Below are positions 13,090 to 25,964 of a stretch of DNA of 64,000 nt, piece by piece (position 1 is the stretch's first letter; each line of letters opens with the position of its first letter). A program made the translations under genes and the position numbers. The stretch is from Vicugna vicugna (Eukaryota). The notes beneath the pieces were generated by a model. The model was not told the DNA's origin. It saw only the letters and a list, made by a program, of their open reading frames with translations, and ran no database searches. The DNA is taken from NCBI GenBank assembly GCA_013265495.1, contig MU058531.1, positions 1,424,911 to 1,488,910 on the forward strand, written 5' to 3'.

Positions 13090-14719
13090 ATTCATCAAAT
13101 TTTCTCTTGAATTATACTTTAATATTATAATGGCTCTTTTCTTTTTAAAACCATTTTGACTGAGGCATATTGACTCATTGGGGATAAAAACATGGAACAG
13201 CTTTATTATACAAATAATTCTAATCAGCTGCACTGAATAGACTGCAATACTTCAGCCTGATTGCATAACTTTCAGTCTCTATTGGGTTATTGAAGTTCCC
13301 CAGGCAAAACATTGATCTCTCCTCCTCCTCCAAGCACAGACTAGAGTTGCACTTGCAGTAGCTTGGCAGGAAAAAGTCCCTGAAAGTGCAGGAAGGAGGG
13401 GAGGTCAGCAAAACACGCATTACGCTCTCTTGCCCTCTTCCTCATTTCTGCCACTACCCCTCAGCTGGTAAAGGGAAAAGGACTTTCTCTTATGTGACTG
13501 CAGGGGAAGTTAGAGGACCTCTGATTTGCTGGCTGTAAATGTTAGTCTCTTTTGTGAGCAACCCCCAGTCACCGGTGACAAGGCAGCTTACCCTGTGTTG
13601 CTCTTCATCCTGGCTGAACCAGTTCATTATCTATAGACTTGGTGGGTGTGCGTGGGTACCCACTAGTAAGAGTTTGAATCCCAAGAACCTCCCCTCGGCA
13701 CAGGTGAGCCCTTGTAGATTCAAATGCATCTTCCCCCCGACCCCTAGACGGTACCCAGCAATGTGTGACATTCTTCTGATGTATATTCTCCTTTGACCCA
13801 AGCTATGTAGTCTCTAGCAAGCTGCACCTCCCAGCCTCATCTTCAGTCTTCAGCTCCATCTCTGGGGGACTCTGAAGGGGCTAAATGGGTAAGTACTGTG
13901 AATTCTCAGGAACTCCAGGGGAGTCCTCCCTGGAGAAGTCTTTTGTCCCCTCTCACTTTGGCTCTTTCTTCATCTGGGGCAGCTCAGCAATCACTATAGC
14001 TTCCTGGACTTTCACTTGGAGAGCAAGATATTAGTCTCCTTTTCATCCAGAAGAAAAAAAAACCCTCGAAATTTATAAATAATCCAACCTTGAGGTTTTC
14101 TTCTTTGCCTGTGGGAGAACCTTGTCAAGCACTCCCTGCCTTTACAAACACTGGGCACTCCTAAAAGTAAGCCTTCTAAACCCGCCCCTCCACCTTTAAG
14201 TTCTCTTTGTTGGGGGAAGGAGATGGGGAGGCAGGAGTGCCTGGTCTACTGCAAGGACATTTCTCAGCAAGCCTGTGGGGAGATGGCTGGCGCATCAGCT
14301 GGTTGTGCTCTTTCATTAGAATGGGGACAGGTCAGTGTAGACCCAATCACAAGGAAAACAGAAATTGTTTTTTAAAAATCCTCATGTTTCTTTAGGCTCT
14401 CTTTAAAATTTTTGTTTTAGAACAGCTTCTAATAAATGCTCTGCACAGAGATTTTAATAAATTTGATAGTCTTTCTCATTTAACAAGAGAATTTAACTCT
14501 ATTGCACTTATTGTCATAATTGGCATGCATGGTCTCACTTTCACTGTCCTTTTTAAAACCGTTCCTTACTATTTCCTTTTTTTCCTATATTTTTAATCTA
14601 CGGTTTAATTTTGCCTCCCCCACCCCCTTAGTTCTCTTGTGACCTGAAAACAGATGTCCTGTGTTTTATTTTTTAAATTCTACTAGTGACTATTACTGTG
14701 ATTCATAACACAAATATTG

Positions 14720-15915
14720 AACGAAATGGGTGAGGGGGTTTAAAAAGTATAAACTTTCAGCTATAAAATAAATAAGTCATGGTGAGGTAGAGTACAGAAT
14801 GGAAACTATGGTTAATAATACTATTATAATTACTGTTCTAGTTAATAAATACATATAATATTAAATATTAACTAGAACAGTAATTATAATTATTATATAT
14901 ATTATGTATATATTTGAAAGTTGCTAGGAGAGTAGATCTTAAAAATTTTCATCACAAGAAAAAAATTGTAACTATGTATGGTGATGCATGGTAACTAGAT
15001 CATTTTGTAATGTATAGGAATATTAAATCATTATGCTATATACCTGAAACTAATGTTTTACATCAATTATATCCAAATTTTAAAAAACACAAATCTTTAA
15101 GCCTATATAAAAGTTATGACTAGCAGTTTGATATATCACGACAAAAACACCAATTAATGGAAATATTTGGAAGAATCTAAGATAATTCCAATGTTTTCCT
15201 TTTGTGTTGATAAATATTTTTATTATTATTGTTTTGCCTAGTAAAGTACTGAATTCTTTCTTTATGCTTAAATTTTTAAAATACCCCCAATCTTCAACAT
15301 GTGAACATTTAAACAAACTATAGTACATACATACTGTAGAATATTACTCAGTAACCAAAAGGAATGTACTATTGATACATGCAAAAACTTGGACACATCT
15401 CCAAGGAATTATGCTGAGTGAGTAAAGCCACTCCCAAATGGTCACATACTGTATATGATTCCACTTATACAATATTCTTGATGAAACATTTTAGAAATGG
15501 AGAATGGATTGATGGTTGCCGGGCATTAGGGATAGAAGGGCAAGTATCATGATGGGAGGGAGGTTGGTGTGGTTATACTGTGCTGACACGAGGGATCGTA
15601 TGGTGACGAAAATGTTCAGGATCTTGACTGTGGTGGTAGATACACAAACCTACATGTGTGGTAAAATTGTACAAATATGCACACATACACATCAAACACA
15701 TCCACAGTGCAAACGGGTACAAGTAAGACTGGAGGAATCGGAGTCAGATTGGCAGATGGTTTCAATGCTGATACGCTGGTTATGACATAGTACTATAATT
15801 TGTGAATGGCTACCATTAGATGAAACTGGGTAAAGGGCACATGGGATCTCTCTGTCTTATTTACTACAGCTGCAGATGAATTTGCAATGATTTCAGTACA
15901 AATTTCAGTTTAAAA
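14720..15915 (+). mobile_element. Two L1M 3' end fragments (14720-15080 L1MA9-like; 15300-15915 L1MC/MD-like)
   Basis: ttgaaagttgctaggagagtagatctt...tatacctgaaactaatg; and aaaaggaatgtactattgatacatgc...ctgggtaaagggcacatgggatctctctgt. Confidence 0.75.
14823..14890. repeat. Perfect 25-bp inverted repeat with an 18-nt spacer
   Basis: attataattactgttctagttaata (14823-14847) / tattaactagaacagtaattataat (14866-14890). Confidence 0.95.
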
Positions 15916-18071
15916 ATATTCACCGGGATTTGTACAGGTCTTGGTCCCTTTACATGAACACATCCCTTATACCACTGTGAGTCACTCTCTTTTTCAAACT
16001 CGAACCTTTCCTAAGTTCATGTATGTTTGAATTGTTGCTTCAGTTCCACTGGTTCCAGCCTTTTTCTTGTCTGTATTTTCAGGTCTCTCTTTATCCTCCT
16101 CATCCAACATTCTCTCTCTCTCTTTCTCTCTCTTTTTTTTAAAATCATATTCTTTCTTAATCCTTTTCCTGTGTATCCTTGGAGAGTTTTGAGGTTGATT
16201 CCCCAGAATCTACAGCATAGATCTGACTTTCCGTAGTGTTAATTCTTCACTGTTGATTCTGATTATTTTTTATTCTATGCTTACATTTTTACTTCCTTAA
16301 GACATTTTTTTCCAAGTCCTTTTCTGCCCATCATTCGATCAGCTCCTTTTCCATTTCAATATTTTATCTGCTTATCTTTGATCCTTTGCTTCATACAGTC
16401 CACATTTTCCACATTTTTAAGAGCACAATACATATGATTTCTAAAATTAACTAGATCCTTGAAGTAGGTCTTTATCAAGTGTTAGCTCTCTTTTTACCCT
16501 CTAGAGTGTAATATTATCATCTTTCATGCTAGAGAGACATTTTTGTTTTGTTTTGTGTTATTTTAAGCTTACAGCCCTAAGAAAAGAATGTTGTATTGAG
16601 TCCCAGCACTTGTCCATAAACAGTGTGACCTCTCTTTGTTTCCTTTTATTATTTGCCTAGCTACCATCGAAATTCTTCTCTTCACTCACAATCCAGAAGG
16701 CTACCTCCTAGTCAATTTTCTGGATTGTGTGCCTTCTACCTGGTATAAATTTGCAGTCTTTAGGAAACGTCTTTTGACCTTTTTGCCGGATTATCTTTCC
16801 ATGCGGAGTGGAGTTTATTCCAAAATTCTTTGAAACCCTCTGTATTTCTTTCCCTTTCAGAAATAGTTCTTCCAGATTCAGTCCCTTGCCACAAGCAAAT
16901 TCACATCCCAAACATGCGTGTCCCGCCGTCTCATATGATCACTAACTAGCTCTGCAGTGAGGGGAAGGGGGAGTGTCCATGAGTCCGGCGACCCCGGGAA
17001 ACAGCTCTTGTGTAATAAGGAGTTGCCCTCTTTCTCTCTCTCTCTGACGAGGCAGAGGGAGTAGCCCCATGGTTGTGACTCAGAGTCAGACTTCATTCTG
17101 AATAATATCAGTTGATAAGTTAATGGTGCTATTAACTTATCTTAATCACTTTCTATGTTTTTTAAAAGAGTGATGAATAATCCACAAACTCCCATTAAGC
17201 ATTTTAAGCATGGAAACGTCATGACTAGATTAAGTTTCAAAAGTGGGAACAGTGTGGGAAATGGATTTGAGATGGGTTGAGAATGAAAGCAGGAAATCAA
17301 ATTAGGGGGATATTGTAAGGGTCCAAGAGAGCCATGGCAAGACTTGGACCAGGGAAGCAGCAATGAAGGTGGTGAGGAAGTGAGAGATTCAGGTTTATGA
17401 GGCAGAATTGACCTGAGCGACCTCTCCTATGGTAAGCAGGTTAGTCTAAGGTAAACAACTATAACTGTGTCAAATGGAGAAACTGGAAGCTTCTATTGGA
17501 CTTCTGGTGAGTACGCTGGAATGCTGAGCTGTTTAATTTACAGGGGAAGGATGCTAATGTAGTAGACAAATCAGCAATCCTTCCTAAATGTGTTTACACT
17601 TTTCTTTCTTCTTTGTTGTCAATTCCTGAATGTTCTGTTTCTTTAACTCTCAGTCACAGCCAGGTTACTTTTTAAGGAAGTTTCTTTATTCTATGATAAC
17701 AAAGAGTGACCACCATTAACTTGCTTTACGTGGGTAATCAAAGCTGGAGAAATCACAGGATCAGGCGGTGCTGCTGTCTAGGTTGCCACCTAGTGACCAG
17801 AATTCTGCACAGCAGACAAGGAGGCCTAAGGATGGCACAACTGAGAGTGATCTTGCTGCTTGAAATTCATGAATATTGGTATCCTCACACTCCAGTACAT
17901 AAGGTGGATGACTGCCAAATGAAATCAATTAACTAGTCGTGTGGTTTTAGGCAAGTAACTTCATCTCTGTAGGCCTCAGTTTCCAAATCCGTAAAATATA
18001 AGGCTTGTGCTGGCTTATTTTTTAAGGCACTAAAAATGCTTAATAGTTCAAAGATTTGTCTTCTTGGGTGG

Positions 18072-18119
<48 letters not shown>

Positions 18120-18689
18120 TTGCAAATAGGTCAAAACAATTACCCAGGATGAGACATGCATCTTTTTTAAAAATTCAGTCATCAAAATCACATATCGTAA
18201 AGCTAGCTTAAGGTCCTTTGAATGACCTCAAATTTTGAGACCTCACATTTCAGCAGTTTAATCTCATTCCATGGTCCCTATTTTTTCAAGTAATTGTCCA
18301 GATTGTTAACTCTAGTCATTTTTTCTAAAAGTCAAGTCAAATAGTAATATTATATCACTATTCAAAACACTCCAGTTGATTTTTATAAACCACAGCAGTC
18401 ATCTCCAAGATTTTAATTATTTATTCTTGTCTGGAAAAAAAATGAGCATACAACTCCTATATACAGTACTAGTTGTATAGAACTGTATTATTTGATTGAT
18501 AAGTACTGTGCATGAACACTTCACTAACGTAGTGGTACAGGATAAAACTAATACAAAAACAGAGGTGTTTAAAGGGTGAGATAAAATCATGCTATTTTAC
18601 TTAGTGATTTCAGAAAAAAAAGGAACAACTCGCTCTCAGCAAAATAATATCCTGGTCCTTTAAAAAGAAGTTTTAGGGGAAAAAAAGTC

Positions 18690-21230
18690 TTTTGTATTAG
18701 CCCGCATATTTATCATTTCAGTTGCTCTCATTTCTTTGCCTAGATCTGAATTTCTATCTGGTTTCATTTTCCTTCTATCTTAAAGACTTCTTTTGAGGTT
18801 TCTTGTTGTTCTGGTCTGCTGGCAGTGAATTTTCGCCCGCTTTTATATGTCTGAAAAAATCTTTATGTTCCTTTCGTTTTTGAAAGATATGTTTTCTGGG
18901 TATAGAATCCTAAGAAATGGATTTTTTTTTCTTTTGGTATTTTAAAGGTGTAGCTCTGCTACCTCTTTTTTACTTGTACTGTTTCCAACGAGAAGTTTGA
19001 TGTCATTCGTACCCGTTTGTATGTAATGTAATTTGTGTTTTTACTTTGTCCCTTTTTAAAGATTTTCCTTTTCATTACTTATTTTAATCAGTTTGTTTAG
19101 GACTGACTTTGTGTACACAGGAACCCATCTGCCGATTTCCAGAGCTCTGCCTCGTGATGTTCCTACTCTCCAGTACTTTGCCCTGTGGATTCTAGCCATT
19201 TTGGCTGCTCTGAGTTCTCAGCGCCATCTCCTGAACACAGAAGTGCCTGCCACGCTCTGTTTGGGGTTTCCTTCCCTAGGCTCTGGCTGGAAACTTCCTC
19301 TGAACAGTAAGCTGGGGCAATTGGAGGGCTCACTTCATTTGTTTCCCTTTTCTCAGGGATTACTGTTCTGCCCTGCTTGTCATCCAGTGTCTGAAAACCA
19401 TTCTTTCATGTATTTTGCCTGTTTTTCTTCAGTCAACTGATTTTAAAAACAGGCAAAATATAGGAAACAGAGGCTTTGATCTTTGAACAGTGGCTAATGT
19501 CTTAAGGGACTTTCTGCAGTTAAATGAGGGTGCATCCTTAAACATATTTCAAATCAGAAGATTTTTCCTAACTTTGTGTCAGCTCTAATTAGACTATCAT
19601 TGTTTTTATCTCACTGGATGGCTGCCAAAAGGCTCATACAAGGAGGAGTGTGTCAGCTCTACTATTTTCTTGTGGTTAGTATTTGCTTTATTAGTATTAT
19701 CTTTAATTCATAAAAGTCTATTTTATTTTTATTATAGAAAATTCAATCATATACAAAGGTAGAGAGGATAGCATAATGAACTTTGACCTACCCTTCACTC
19801 AGCTCAACAATGGTCAATTTACAGCCAATCTCACCTCATCTATATTCCCACCCACTTCTCATGGCACCCTCCCTGACCCTGGATTATTCTGAAATGAATC
19901 CCAAATGTCATATCATTTCACCTACAAATATTTCAGCTGTGTGTATCAAAAAACAAACCACATTTCCATTATCCCGCCTAAAAACATAACAATAACTTCT
20001 TAATATCATGAATATACAATCCAGCTTCAAACTTTCCTGATTATTTCAAACTTCTTGTTCATTGTGTTTATTTGAATCAGCATCCAAATAATGCTCCTAT
20101 ATTATGATTGGTTATATGTCTTTTAAGTCTCCTTTAATTTACAGGTTCCCTGCTCAGTGTTTTTTCTTCTCTCTCTGTCTCTGTCTCTCCACAGTTTATA
20201 TGTTAAAAAGTCATATAAGTTTATCCTGTAGCACTTCCTATCACCTGGATTTTGCTTAGGGGTCAGGTATCATTGAACATATCCCTCCGTTCCCTATATT
20301 TCTCATGAATTGGTAGTTATATGCTGAGATTTTATCAAATTCAAGTTCAATGTTTTTTGGTGAAACTACTTCATGAGACATATATTATTTTATCAAGAGG
20401 CATACTTTGAGATGCTAGCAGCCCTGGATAATCATTGCTTAAATGATTGCATTAATTCATTAGAAATATGGTATTGACTAATTGTATTGTTCTTTATTTA
20501 TCAGCTGTAATACATGTATAAAGGCAATCTTTTCTTCATGGTTATATTTTAATTCTCTCATGCCTTTTCTGTTTAGTAAATTAAATATTTCTGTAAAGTT
20601 AATACTTCTTAACTTCAACTGTCTTTTCCTGTGGGGTAGAAATTATATAGGAAAAAGAGAATAAATGCTTAGTGCTTTCCCGCTATTTACCAGTTTTCAA
20701 AATAATGATTTCAAAATAATAATTTCAAAAAATTTCAAAAATAATTCTCTATCATCCTCCAAACATAACCAAAAACTTTTTTATCATTATAAACTCATGC
20801 ATTTAAACATATTTGATGTGTTTCAACCCATTGCACTTATTCTTGTTAATGCTCAATTTGTCCCATCTTTGGCCAGTGGGAGCCCATTAAAGTTGACTCT
20901 TGCAGCCTTTTGATATGTCCCCAGTAGTCCTATTAGCTTCCTTACTATCTGCTTTGACAAGCTATTTCAGGCTTATCTGATTTTGCTGAATTGTACCAAA
21001 TCCTCTTCATCAGAGCGGTACCATTTTGCATTCCCCACTGCAATATATGAGTGCTGGTTTCCCCACAGTCTCACCAATAGAGTACTGAGTCAAACTTGGA
21101 TTTTTGCCAATCTGATAGGTGAGAAGTAGCATCTTGGAAAAAAATGGTAATTTTAATTTGCATTTATCACTGTGAGTTAGACCGATCTTTTCATATGGTT
21201 AAAAGTCATTTGCTATGAGCTGTCTGTATA
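18690..21230 (-). mobile_element. Cluster of old L1 fragments (L1ME-like 18690-19440; L1MC4/5-like 19720-21230)
   Basis: tttttgaaagatatgttttctgggtatagaatcc; ttttattatagaaaattcaatcatatacaaag; ttgtcccatctttggccagtgggagccc. Confidence 0.7.
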
Positions 21231-21839
21231 CCAGCCTGTTTTGCAAAGAAGCTTCTTAGTAATCAACAGTTTCTTTGCAAGACTATCTCAAGCCATGTGT
21301 CCATTTTGTAAAGTCAGATGGAATCTAATTTAGAGCCCAGGGAAGCAGAATTTCAATGTGATTCCAGAGGGAAACTCTTCTGTCAGTACCCATTCTCTGG
21401 GGGACTATCTACCAGGCAGAGTTACCATTTTCCAGCATGCCTCAGCCTCTTATCTCTTGAATCCCCTGGACCTGCCTGATTGTACCTGACCCCACGCCCA
21501 TTCTCCATGCAGAAAGCTTTCCTTGTCAGGGCCTCCCTGCCATTCTCCTATCTCAGGCCTGCAAAAGTCCCCAAATCTAAGTTCTAACAGAGAGCAGCGA
21601 GGCCCTAATCCACATGTCAACCACGCCTGACCAGAGAGTGCTAAATAAAACCAACACTGAGATCCCCACGTGACTTCTTATATCGATACTTCAATGGATC
21701 AGAACCCAGAGGGGAGGAAGGATGAGCTATTTATTGGCTTCCTAGATGTCATACGGTAAGTTCGGTTGGGCAAATCTAATCAACCAAATGTCCTTCCCTT
21801 TGGAAAGACTGAAAAGAAAGTGAAGGGTCAGCCTAAAAC

Positions 21840-22020
21840 ATCATGTAGGCTTCATAAATCTTGTGAAGAACTAATTTAAAATGCAGATTCCAGGGTCTCT
21901 CCCTTGAGATTTTTGATGCTGGAAAATCTGAGATGACACCTGGGAATCTGAATTTTTTTCACAGGTTTCCCAGTGAGTTTTGACGCAGGTATTTTCAGAC
22001 CAGATTTTGAGCAACAGTGG
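21840..22020. mobile_element. MER5-family hAT-Charlie relic
   Basis: taaaatgcagattcc...cctgggaatctgaattttt...ttgagcaacagtg. Confidence 0.65.
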
Positions 22021-23624
22021 CCTAGATGATACAAAGGGGAAACGTAAAGCGCCTGAGGTTGCTGGGGTCCTCTAAGCCCTGTCCCCGGGAGGGACAGTCT
22101 TTCCTCCTTGGCTGCATACCTGCTGTGAATGATGGGGCAAACCACCCTTTTCTGGTTGTGGGCTCAGCTATAACCTTCAGGCCAGAATTTGACTCCCCTC
22201 GTCCCTCGCCTGCAGGGAGGGAAACTACAGATCTGCTAAGATGAATACTCTGCTCTGTCCACAACTGTCTTTCTCATCATAAATCAGTACCTCGGCATTC
22301 ACTTGTATTTTCCTTCCTGTGGCTTTGCAGTTTCTCCTCTTCTGGTGTAGGCGTCAGCTGTTCCCGGCCTTGCAGAAACTGAGCCTTACTGTCCGCTTGA
22401 TCAATCTCCCCGCACACTGACGCTGGGCCTGGAGAACCTTCAGAACAGTGACTTCCTGCTCAAACCATCTGCTGGAATCCCCACGGAGCCTACCCTCTCA
22501 GAGCTCCGCCCCCGCCCGGCCCCTGCTGTCAACTCCCAGGGCCACCCACGCCGCCACCCTCTCCCAGGGCCCGGGGGAGTCCTTCCCTGCCGAGTGCTTC
22601 TTTCTCGCTACCACCTCTTGTCTTTCAAATCCCTCCGCTCCTCTCTGTTCTCATCCCTTCCCCTCCTTGGCTTTGGGTCTGTGTTGTCAATCATTCTAAT
22701 CTGTCTGCTATTCTGTAATTTTTTCCCCCTCGCTAAGATGGAGCTACAGAGTTTCCAGTCCCTGCTGGAGGTGGAATCCGGTTGACAAAAGACTTCTTTC
22801 TGTTATCCTTGCTTAGTGCCCGCCTGACCCAGAGGAGCTGGCTGCGTGCCAAGCCCCAGGGACAGGGGAAGGGGGAGGGAAAAGCTCGTCCGCCCACAGG
22901 GTTAAAGCCAGATGCTCCGCTGTGTTCAATTCACTCCAGAGAGTGTCACCCTGTGCTGGGTCTTGGCAGCCAGCTGGCTTTCCTGGGCGGTGTCGCTGCG
23001 AATCCCCTGAACCACACGCATTAGCATTCAGGCTGCATCGCCATTCAAGGAAAAGAGCAGAAGAAAGGCTAAACTAGATTAGACCAGTCTTCCTTCCCAG
23101 GCAGTCCTGGGCTCTTAATAGCAGCCGTGACTGACAGGCTGCCCTGCAAGCTATTTACCTCAATAGATGCGGGCCAGCCCCCAAACAGCTTCTTTTCTTT
23201 AGTAACCTGTTATTAAAGCCGCTCCTTTATTCCCTGTATCAAATTGGTCATCATGTCCTGCCAATTTCTCTTGCCACCATTATGGTTCTAATTGTTCTGT
23301 TCCTCATCATTTCACATCCTGGTGACTGCACGGTCTGATTTCTGTGTTGTCTTCCCTCAGCCCCAGGAGAGTGCTTCCTTGTGCTTTTCTTCATCTCACT
23401 TGCTGGCTCAGAATCCTCCAGCAACTGTCAGATCTAGGCGCCCCTTCCCAGATCTCAATAACCTAGCTCCACCGACCTGACCTCCCTTTCCAGCCCACTC
23501 TTCTCTCTACATTCAGGCCCAGCTTGGTCCAGTGTCCCAAGTCTTCACACTCATACCTGCCTGCAGTGCCCTCACCTGTGCTCTTTGCAAAATTCTACCT
23601 CTTTTTAAAATGCCAACCTCATGA

Positions 23625-24268
23625 TGTTGCTGGTGACTAGGTTCTTGTCTCGTCGTACAAAGAATTCAGAGATGGAACGTGGAGGTTAAGAAAGTAAAGG
23701 GAGGGTTTATTAAGGGATAGATAGTACAGTCCCAAGGGGAGAGCCGGCAGGCTCAAGTGAGCAGCTGCCCTGAGTGGTTTTTTTGGTCAGTTGCTTACAC
23801 AGAGTGTAAAAATGAATGGGTGGAATATTCATTGGGGAGGGAAGGGTTTGGGGTCATATTCCCTGATTTTCATCCCAACTCCACTTTCCTGAGAGGAGGA
23901 GGGATTTTTGTCCTTATTTAGCCTGAATCGGAAGTGTCATGGCATCAGTGCATAATGGGTACTTCTAGCCTACAAGGCTAATTTTATTGAAATGAGAGAT
24001 TAATGAGCAGAAGGTTACATTCAGACCCCAAAGATTCCTGCCTTTTTCTACCTTTCTTTGTCAGCCTCCAGGCCACTCATCACTCTAAAATGTGTGACCC
24101 CTTACCAGCATGGAGGTTCCTGCTTTTCTTTCTCTGCCCAGGGACCCCTGTTGTTTACAAGATGAGTGGTTTCCTGCTTTTGGCCTGTGCCCCTCCTTTT
24201 TGCTGTATTCCTGCCATTTGGCCTGTGTACCCCTTTCTCTGCTCATATCTAGCTACCTGCCTTTAACA
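23625..24268 (-). mobile_element. Solo ERV1 LTR, MER41-like
   Basis: TG...CA termini; AATAAA on the minus strand (tttatt, ~23706). Minus-strand motifs TGAATTCTTT...CAAGAACC, ATGCCATGACA and ATGAATATTCCACCC resemble recalled MER41 consensus. TSD not clearly preserved. Confidence 0.7.
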
Positions 24269-24767
24269 ATACCTCACTCTTGTTTCAAGCAGGCATCTGG
24301 GATACTGTGAGAAAGCATGGGGCATGGTGTCACAGGTCCCAACCTTCCAGCTTTGAGACCACTTCTCAGCCATGTGACCTCGGGCAAATAGCTTAACTTC
24401 TCTGAGCTGCAGCTTTATTAGAAGATCATCCTCCTTCTCAGGGCTTTTGTACTTTCAGCCAGTTTGTTAATGATCTGAACTAGATGAGGGATAAACAGGA
24501 GATGGTTTTATTTTCTTCCAGTTCCTGCCTTCTGCCATTTTATAGCAACTCTCCCTTTCTGGCCCTTGAACAACAGGTTTCTGGAAACTTTGGGTCATAA
24601 GAACAAGTCTCACTTCCAAATATTAAACATCCTGTCCAATCCAAATCCAAACCAAAAGCTTCTCCCCTGCTCCCTGACTCTTTCCCCTTCCTACCAACTC
24701 AGCCTGAGCTGTGGGCTACCTTTTCATTCCTTCTTGCTCTTCCCCTCCTCTTTTGCCTGCTTCTGGG

Positions 24768-25293
24768 TGTCGACTGAAAAAATAAAAAAAGCACAACGTA
24801 AAAGCTGAGAATTATGTTTTGTTTGGTGAACTTTCTGAGGACTTTGAGCCTGGGAGGCAGCTTTTCAGATTGCTCAAAGAGACTGCTCTGAAGAGGGAGA
24901 GGAGGAGCCAGAATAGACAGGGGTTTTTGCAACAAAGACCAGGTAATGGGAACATCAAAAGATTCCTGTGAATTAAAGAAAACTAGATATCTCAAGTTAA
25001 GGAATTTAGCACTTTTCTATGTATGGGAAGATGCAAGCATCTGGACTCACTGAAATCATTCCTTTGACTTGCACCTTAGTTCTCTGGGGCCAGTACACTG
25101 TCTTCCTCATCCTGAGTCCTATCAGGGGGCACCGTTGGGGTGGCTGCAGAGGCTAAGGACTCAGAGCAGGCAGCCTGCATGTTTCCTTCCTGAGCTCCCT
25201 CCCGCTTACCATCAGATGGCTGCAGTGGCTGATGGCTTGATGGCCACAGCATCCTTTGTTTACTGATATGGCAGGCAATATTTTTCATTCACA
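24768..25293 (-). mobile_element. Solo ERV1 LTR (MER34/MER39-like group), 526 bp
   Basis: TGT...ACA termini with a perfect 4-bp TSD TGGG (24764-24767 and 25294-25297); minus-strand end ...TTCAGTCGACA typical of this group. Confidence 0.85.
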
Positions 25294-25964
25294 TGGGCCT
25301 TCTAGAGTCAAGGCAAGAGGAGCAAGAAATAGCAGGAGAGTGTTCAAGTCTTTTTTTAGCTAGAGCTCTCTTGGACATCCAAGAACAGTAGACTAAAGCC
25401 TGGCTCTTACGTGGGGAGTGGATGTGTGGATTCTTTGGAGGTTCCTCAAGGACCTCTGTACTGCCCAGGCCCCTCTGGTGGGTGATGCATTCCCCAGCTG
25501 GCTCCTGATCCTGTGCCCAGCAGCACACACCCCCTTGCCTTCTTATGTGGGTGTCTCTCCTTGGCAAGGCCTTTTCATTTCAGTGGGGTCCCATTAATAT
25601 GGAAGTTGCCCATTTTTCTTCCCCAATATCTAATTGGTCCAGAAAATCCTTTTGGCTCTTTGCCTTACCCATGCCAGGCAGGCAGGCTGTCGCCTCCGAA
25701 CTCTTCTCCCCCCGCCCTTGTGGGCAGCTGTAGCCTAGCCCCTGCCTCCAGAACCTCCAAGCAGAAAGCAGCTCAGGCAGCAGCCAGCTGAGGCAAGAGA
25801 TGCTCTGCCTCAACGATATTTTCAATCCATTCTCTTCTTGTCTTCTCTTCACAAAGGCTGTGGGTGGGTCAGGGAAGCAAGGGACGAAAGACCAGTTTGG
25901 CAACCTCTCAGCTAGTCCTGCAGGGATGTGTCTAACAACTCCAGTTAATAATGTGGGGCTGATT

